Origin: Lama guanicoe | Taxonomy: Eukaryota | Length of the DNA stretch: 64,000 nucleotides | Direction: 5' to 3' | Assembly (NCBI GenBank): GCA_013239625.1 | Contig: MU053873.1 | Coordinates: 1,068,524-1,132,523, forward strand | Shown here: one piece after another, positions 62,285 to 64,000 of the stretch | Layout of the letters: each line of letters starts with the position of its first letter | Position numbering within the stretch: position 1 is the first letter of the stretch | Notes under the pieces: generated by a model | Database searches by the model: none | What the model was told of the DNA's origin: nothing | The model's input: the letters and a program-made list of their open reading frames with translations, nothing else | Program-made: the position numbers and the translations under genes

Positions 62285-62495
62285 GACCCAAGTTCAATCC
62301 CAGCTCTGTGGCCCTGAGACGCTTACTTACACTCTCAGCCTCAGTTTACTAAGTACAGCTAACTCAACTGCCCAAATTCATATGGGAGAAATCACAAAGA
62401 TGACATCCACAGATCACGGACTGTACTGTGGGCACAAAAAAGCTATGTTTCCTGTCTAGAGTGTTTCCATGGTAAGAACTCAATAAATGTCTGAT
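62285..62495 (+). mobile_element. MIR (fragmented)
   Basis: gttcaatcccagctctg...ttacttacactctcagcctcagttt...ggtaagaactcaataaatgt. Confidence 0.6.
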
Positions 62496-63929
62496 GATAA
62501 GTTAGTGCACTCACTGCAAATAGAAAATCAAGTTTTAATTAAATTCTTACAGCACTGAACGGTTCCCTGTATACACACCTAAATCAAGCACCACTCCCAC
62601 TCTCTTATTTTAAAAAAAATGCAGTAAGTTCTGCACCAGGAGACCAGAAGTCCCCCATTCCAACATCCATTTCCCCATGAAACTTCTAGATTCACCAAAG
62701 TTTGCTTTCAACAAATCAACTCTACACCTTGAGTTTAAACATCCATATCACACTGGCTGCTGGGGAGAGAAGGGGGTTAATATCAAGTCTTACAATACAT
62801 CTCAAGGGTAATAAAAATAAAACGCTCTCCCTTGAACCACAATAGGCCAGCTGACCTCATTCTCTTCACACTACCATGAGTCAACAGAGCCGCTAAAAGT
62901 CAGATTTTAAAACATCTCATTCAAGCTGCAAATGAAACAAAGAACCTCTACTCTTTACTCCCTCGCCATCCTGTTTGACAGGTATAAAGGCACGTCTCTA
63001 CAAAGGGGTTATCAGCTTTAACTTCAAAGGTAAGTAAAAAATGAGTCGGAAAAGACCAGAAGGCGCAAATCCACATACTGTGTCATTATATACATGTTTC
63101 TTCAGAACAAGTTGCCCAGGTCTAAACGTAGCACCTGGGCCAGGTGTTCCCTCAGTGCCCCACAGATGTGTCCCCCGACAGAGGGCCTGTGTTTGGCACG
63201 CTGTCTGCCCCCTACACTCAGCTGCCTGTGGGCAGGGCCAGCATCTCACTGGCCCCTGCTCCTGCTGCCTTGCTTCACGCAGGGTCTGGGGGACAGAAGG
63301 CAGCAATGCATGCCTGTCAGCTGCACGATGCAGACCCATGGGTAGGTTTAACAGCCAGGAGGATGAAATGAGCAGTGGGAACCCACAGCTTTAGGTTTTC
63401 ACCGTCTAATAAATCAAGTAGGGGATGTGCAGACTGTGTAAAGTGAGAAAGGTGAGAAACAGGGGACAAGACCTTTTTGGAGAAAGCCATGCAGGCTCTG
63501 AAATGGCTCTAAAAAGTCGGCCACAGGAAGGAGGTGTGTCTTACACCAGAAATCCCTTTAAATGCCAGAGCACCGTGGCCATTCCAACTTTCCCAACAGC
63601 TAGGAAAACAACGGAAGTGCCATCAAGCAACAGTTGTGTACTTCACGTCACTGGTCCCTCTTCCCAACCTTGGCAGGTTGGCTCTTCATGGAAAAAACAA
63701 GGTAGAATGAGACTCTGTGATTGAAAAAAGAAGAAAGAGAGGAAAAGAGAAGGAAAGAAAGAAGGAAACAAACCTCTAAGGGTAGCGGGTTTTCTCAGCT
63801 GAAATTATAGACTCATTTCTTGGTCCATCAGTCTGGGTTTATACCCGACTCTAAATTCCACCATCAGTTCCCATAATCTCATCCCAAGCAGCAGAAAGTG
63901 CCAAGTAAAGCAGCCTTGTAAAAACAGAA

Positions 63930-64000
63930 ATGCCTTAGAATCACACAGACCTGGGTTTGAATCTGAGCCCTGCTATCGACCTGCTCAGTGACTTCGACAA
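63930..64000 (+). mobile_element. MIR 5' part (runs off the window)
   Basis: ttagaatcacacagacctgggtttgaatctgagccctgc...gtgacttcgacaa. Confidence 0.7.

Noticed and set aside
1..64000. Apparent abundance of TCF/LEF and AP-1 heptamers
   Set aside because: The numbers I noticed are about what chance predicts for 7-mers over 64 kb on two strands.
1..64000. Naming the host gene, or calling a CRISPR, tRNA, rRNA or novel multi-gene system
   Set aside because: No exon matched a gene I recognise, and I saw no repeat-spacer array, structured RNA gene or gene cluster.

Overview
Mammalian (eutherian) non-coding genomic DNA. I find no credible protein-coding gene body, RNA gene, CRISPR array or prokaryotic system. 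The window is dominated by old, decayed interspersed repeats recognised by eye from remembered consensus sequences (L1M, L2, L3/CR1, MIR, MLT1 LTRs, and MER2B, MER3, MER5, MER20, MER102, MER104, MER112 and Charlie1a DNA transposons); subfamily names and boundaries are approximate. A-run skew on the + strand and mostly + strand L1 fragments suggest a large intron of a gene transcribed on the minus strand. Candidate minus-strand exons lie at 37409-37459, 25416-25454 and 1-47 (open at the window edge), with a small CpG island at about 39.6-40.05 kb. I could not identify the host gene. No Alu, B1/B2, Bov-tA, SINEC, PRE1 or ERE-type SINE was seen. The most unusual element is a 180-bp, TSD-flanked, poly(A)-tailed retroposed insert (37871-38050) with a dimeric, LTR-like body and no tRNA-type head. 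The ORF track is essentially chance ORFs, except one frame that keeps a Charlie/hAT transposase C-terminal remnant.
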